Shown here piece after piece: positions 61,262 through 64,000 of a stretch of 64,000 nt of DNA (its first letter is position 1; every line of letters begins with the position of its first letter). The notes beneath the pieces were generated by a model. It did not search any database. It worked only from the letters and a program-made list of their open reading frames with translations, and was not told the DNA's origin. Origin of the DNA: Candidatus Binatia bacterium (lineage in GTDB: Bacteria; Desulfobacterota; Binatia; DP-6); the NCBI GenBank assembly GCA_041496545.1, contig JBGQET010000011.1, positions 3,731 to 67,730 on the forward strand, read 5' to 3'. The position numbers and the translations under genes are program-made.

Positions 61262-61528
61262 ATGACACCCGCGGACGCCGACGACCTCGTGCAGTTCGAC
61301 GACGTAGACGTGATCAAGTCCAACGGGCCGGCGCTCCTGTGTCAGATCGGCCGCCGCCGCGTCTGGCTGCCGCGCAGCCAGGTGACGGGCAAGCTCTGGT
61401 GCGCAGGCGACCGCGGCAAGCTCTTCATCCGCCGCTCCTTCGCGCGCGAGCAGGACCTGATCCCGGCGCACGCGCCCGCGCCGCCGCCGCTCCGCCTCGT
61501 GATCCCGCCCGCCGGCCTCCCCCGCTGA
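61262..61528 (+). CDS. Small beta-rich hypothetical protein (88 aa)
   Basis: ALLCQIG.RRVWLPRSQV...GKLFIRRSFA; TTGCGA-18-TAGGTT promoter. Confidence 0.65.
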   Translation: MTPADADDLVQFDDVDVIKSNGPALLCQIGRRRVWLPRSQVTGKLWCAGDRGKLFIRRSFAREQDLIPAHAPAPPPLRLVIPPAGLPR

Positions 61529-61568
61529 CGCGCTGGACGGCCCGCCCGGCCCGCGGTAGCACCCCGGC

Positions 61569-61964
61569 ATGCGCATCCTCCACACCATGCTGCGGGTGAA
61601 CGACCTCGACCAGTCGCTGCGCTTCTACTGCGACGTCCTCGGCATGAAGCTGGTCCGCCGCAAGGACTATCCGTCGGGCCGCTTCACGCTCGCCTTCGTC
61701 GGCTACGGCCCCGAAGATCAGCAGACGGTGCTTGAGTTCACGCACAACTGGGACACCGACCGCTACGAGCTCGGCACGGCGTACGGCCACGTCGCGCTCG
61801 GCGTCGAGGGCATCCACGACGCCGTCGAGCGTCTGCGCGCCAAGGGGGCCAAGGTCGTCCGCGAGCCGGGGCCGATGAAGCACGGCGGCTCGGTCATCGC
61901 CTTCATCGAGGACCCGAACGGCTACAAGATCGAACTGATCGAGCTGCGCGGCCGTCAGGACTGA
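61569..61964 (+). CDS. gloA: Lactoylglutathione lyase (glyoxalase I)
   Basis: [39 protein letters not shown]. Confidence 0.96.
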   Translation: MRILHTMLRVNDLDQSLRFYCDVLGMKLVRRKDYPSGRFTLAFVGYGPEDQQTVLEFTHNWDTDRYELGTAYGHVALGVEGIHDAVERLRAKGAKVVREPGPMKHGGSVIAFIEDPNGYKIELIELRGRQD

Positions 61965-62572
61965 GCGCCGAACCGGCGCCGGAGCCAGTCGGTGATCACG
62001 CGGTTCAGCTCCGCGGGGCGCTCCTGCTGCGTCCAGTGGCCGCACGCGGGGATCATCACCGTCTCGAGGTCGGGGACGTAGGCTGGCATCGCCTCCGCCA
62101 TCTCGGGACGCAGCACGGGATCCCACTCGGCCGTCACCATCAGCGACGGCACCTCGATCCGGGCGCCGTCGAGCTGCGGGGTCGTCTCCCAGTTGCGGTC
62201 CATGTTGCGGTACCAGTTGAGGCCGCCCGTGAAGCCGGTGCGCTCGAAGGCGCGCACGTAGAGCCCGCCCCAGTCGTGGCCGACGAAGACGGCGCGCGCG
62301 ACGCCGAGCGCGTCGAGGACGCCGACCAGGTCGCCGGTCAGGTGGTGGATGTCGTAGGCGGCGACGTCGGCGGGCCGCGTCGTGTCCCCGTAGCCGCGCT
62401 GGTCGGGTGCTATGGCGCGGAAGCCGGCCGCGGCGAGCGCGGGCATCTGGTGGCGCCACGAGTAGCCCAGCTCCGGGAAGCCGTGGCAGAGGACGACGGC
62501 GGGCCCGTCGCCCTGCTCGGTGAGCGCGACGTCGATGCCGTTCGCGTGGACGATTCGGTGTGTGGACCTCAC
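61955..62572 (-). pseudogene. Epoxide hydrolase-like alpha/beta hydrolase with in-frame internal deletion
   Basis: CHGFPE; GHDWGG joined directly to LYVRAFERTGFTGGLNWYRN; GHWTQQE. Confidence 0.65.
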
Positions 62573-62585
62573 GAGCGCGTGCCTC

Positions 62586-63137
62586 TCACGCGCGACGCGC
62601 CGTCGCAAGCCGCATCCACGGGGGCCGGCGCTTCGCGACCCGCGCGAAGACCGGGCACGACCGCCGGTGCGCGCCGGGCAGGTAGCCGGTGCTCATCAGG
62701 AACTCGCCCGTGATCTCGCCCCCGGTGAAGGCGAAGGTGCGCTTGAACAACTTCACCCACTCGTCCTTCGCGAGCGGATGGTGCGCGTCGAGCCAGGCGG
62801 CGAAGGACCCGAAGTCGCGCCGGAGCGTCCAGAGCCGCTTCGCGTTCTCGATCGCGGCGTCGACCTTGAGCCGGTTCCGGATGATCGACGCGTCGCGGAG
62901 GAGACGCGCGCGGTCGCGCCGGCCGTAGGCCGCCACCCGGTCGAGGTCGAAGCCGTCGTAGGCGGCGACGAAGGCGTCGCGCTTCTTCAGGATCGTCAGC
63001 CACGAGAGCCCGGCCTGGTTGATCTCGAGCACGAGGCGCTCGAAGAGCCGCGCGTCGTCGCGCAGCGGGAAACCGTACTCCCGGTCGTGGTAGGGGCCGT
63101 GGAGGGGATGGCCGGGCGCGACGCGGCAGTAGCTCAC
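62586..63137 (-). CDS. tag: DNA-3-methyladenine glycosylase I
   Basis: YHDREYG, LFERLVLEINQAGLSW.TILKKR, IIRNRLKV.A. Confidence 0.92.
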   Translation of the reverse strand: MSYCRVAPGHPLHGPYHDREYGFPLRDDARLFERLVLEINQAGLSWLTILKKRDAFVAAYDGFDLDRVAAYGRRDRARLLRDASIIRNRLKVDAAIENAKRLWTLRRDFGSFAAWLDAHHPLAKDEWVKLFKRTFAFTGGEITGEFLMSTGYLPGAHRRSCPVFARVAKRRPPWMRLATARRA

Positions 63138-63221
63138 GAGCCGTCTCCCTACCGTCCGCCCGCCGCCGTCGCAACGCGCGGGGGTTGCGTCGGCGTGCCG
63201 TTGCGCTATCTCCTCGGCCCC

Positions 63222-63608
63222 ATGCACATCGCCCTCGTCTGCATCGCGCTCCTCGGTCTCCTGGTCTTCGGGCTCGGCCTGTCGGTCTCCATGACGCGCA
63301 ACTCGACGAACACCGTCATCGGCCACGTCCCCGACCCTGCCGACCGCCTCCACAAGCTCGTCCGCGCGCACGGCAACGCCGCCGAGTACGCGCCCATGAT
63401 GGCGATCCTCATCTGGGTGGTCGCGTCGCGCGGACCGTCGTCCTGGATGGTGTGGACGTTCGTCGCCGCCACGGCGTTCCGCTACGTGCACGCCGCCGGC
63501 ATGATCCTCTCCCCGACTCTCGCGCGCCCGCATCCGCTCCGCTTCGCGGGCGCGGTCGGCACCTACCTCGCCGGCTTCGCGCTCGTCGTGGCCACCCTGA
63601 CGGTATGA
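63222..63608 (+). CDS. MAPEG family membrane protein
   Basis: RAHGNAAEY; hydrophobic helices; RYVHAAG. Confidence 0.88.
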   Translation: MHIALVCIALLGLLVFGLGLSVSMTRNSTNTVIGHVPDPADRLHKLVRAHGNAAEYAPMMAILIWVVASRGPSSWMVWTFVAATAFRYVHAAGMILSPTLARPHPLRFAGAVGTYLAGFALVVATLTV

Positions 63609-64000
63609 CGATGGAGTTCGGCGTTCAGATCGGCGCGCTCGGATGGAGCGAGCTGCGCGACGTCGCGCAGACGGCGGAGGCCCTCGGCGTCCACACCATC
63701 TACTTCCCCGACCACCTGATCCACGAGGGCCCCGAGCGCAATCGCATGGGCCTCCCGGCGTACGACCCGATGGTCCAGGCGGCGGTGACCGCGGAGGCGA
63801 CGAAGCGCGTTCGCATCGGCCACCTCGTGCTCTGCAACCTCTTTCGCCACCCGACGGTGACGGCCCGGAGCCTCGCCACCCTCGACGAGCTGTCCGGCGG
63901 CCGGCTCGTCGCCGGCCTCGGCACCGGCTGGACGGAGACGGAGTTTCGCATGGCCGGCATCCCGCTGCCCGACATCGGCACGCGCTTGAGGATGCTCGAC
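63605..64000 (+). CDS. LLM-class flavin-dependent oxidoreductase (3' end outside window)
   Basis: FPDHL, RVRIGHLVLCNLFRHP, TLDELSGGRLVAGLGTGW; ATGA overlap; absent from ORF track. Confidence 0.9.
   Translation, partial: MTMEFGVQIGALGWSELRDVAQTAEALGVHTIYFPDHLIHEGPERNRMGLPAYDPMVQAAVTAEATKRVRIGHLVLCNLFRHPTVTARSLATLDELSGGRLVAGLGTGWTETEFRMAGIPLPDIGTRLRMLD

Overview
A very GC-rich, densely coding bacterial chromosome segment. The gene mix suggests Candidatus Binatia/Binatota (inference only): many SDR, AKR, acyl-CoA dehydrogenase, amidohydrolase and LLM enzymes, multiheme cytochromes, and secreted Cys-rich proteins. Core content: partial ilvB, sucA-sucB-lpdA, cyaY, a hemD-hemE fusion, tesB, thiolase, an actinobacterial Sdh1-like (type F) succinate dehydrogenase operon, split transketolase, gloA and tag. 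I saw no rRNA, tRNA, CRISPR array, transposase or integrase. Best leads: (1) a ~330-nt, apparently self-contained structured transcript at 41337-41663 with an 18-nt complement of the 16S rRNA 3' end, a 14-codon ORF and alternative SD-sequestering folds; (2) a leaderless operon with a palindromic operator encoding a ribbon-helix-helix/Zn-ribbon protein, a paralogous Zn-ribbon protein and DUF1990; (3) a Lys/Gly-rich C-terminal domain shared by two unrelated secreted proteins; (4) a small secreted Pro-rich ORF with an in-frame UGA and a SECIS-like hairpin; (5) three probable CTG starts and many leaderless promoters; (6) a sigma-54-driven 46-aa membrane protein. Several genes look decayed. Starts were refined by eye and all product calls rest on motif recognition, not database searches.
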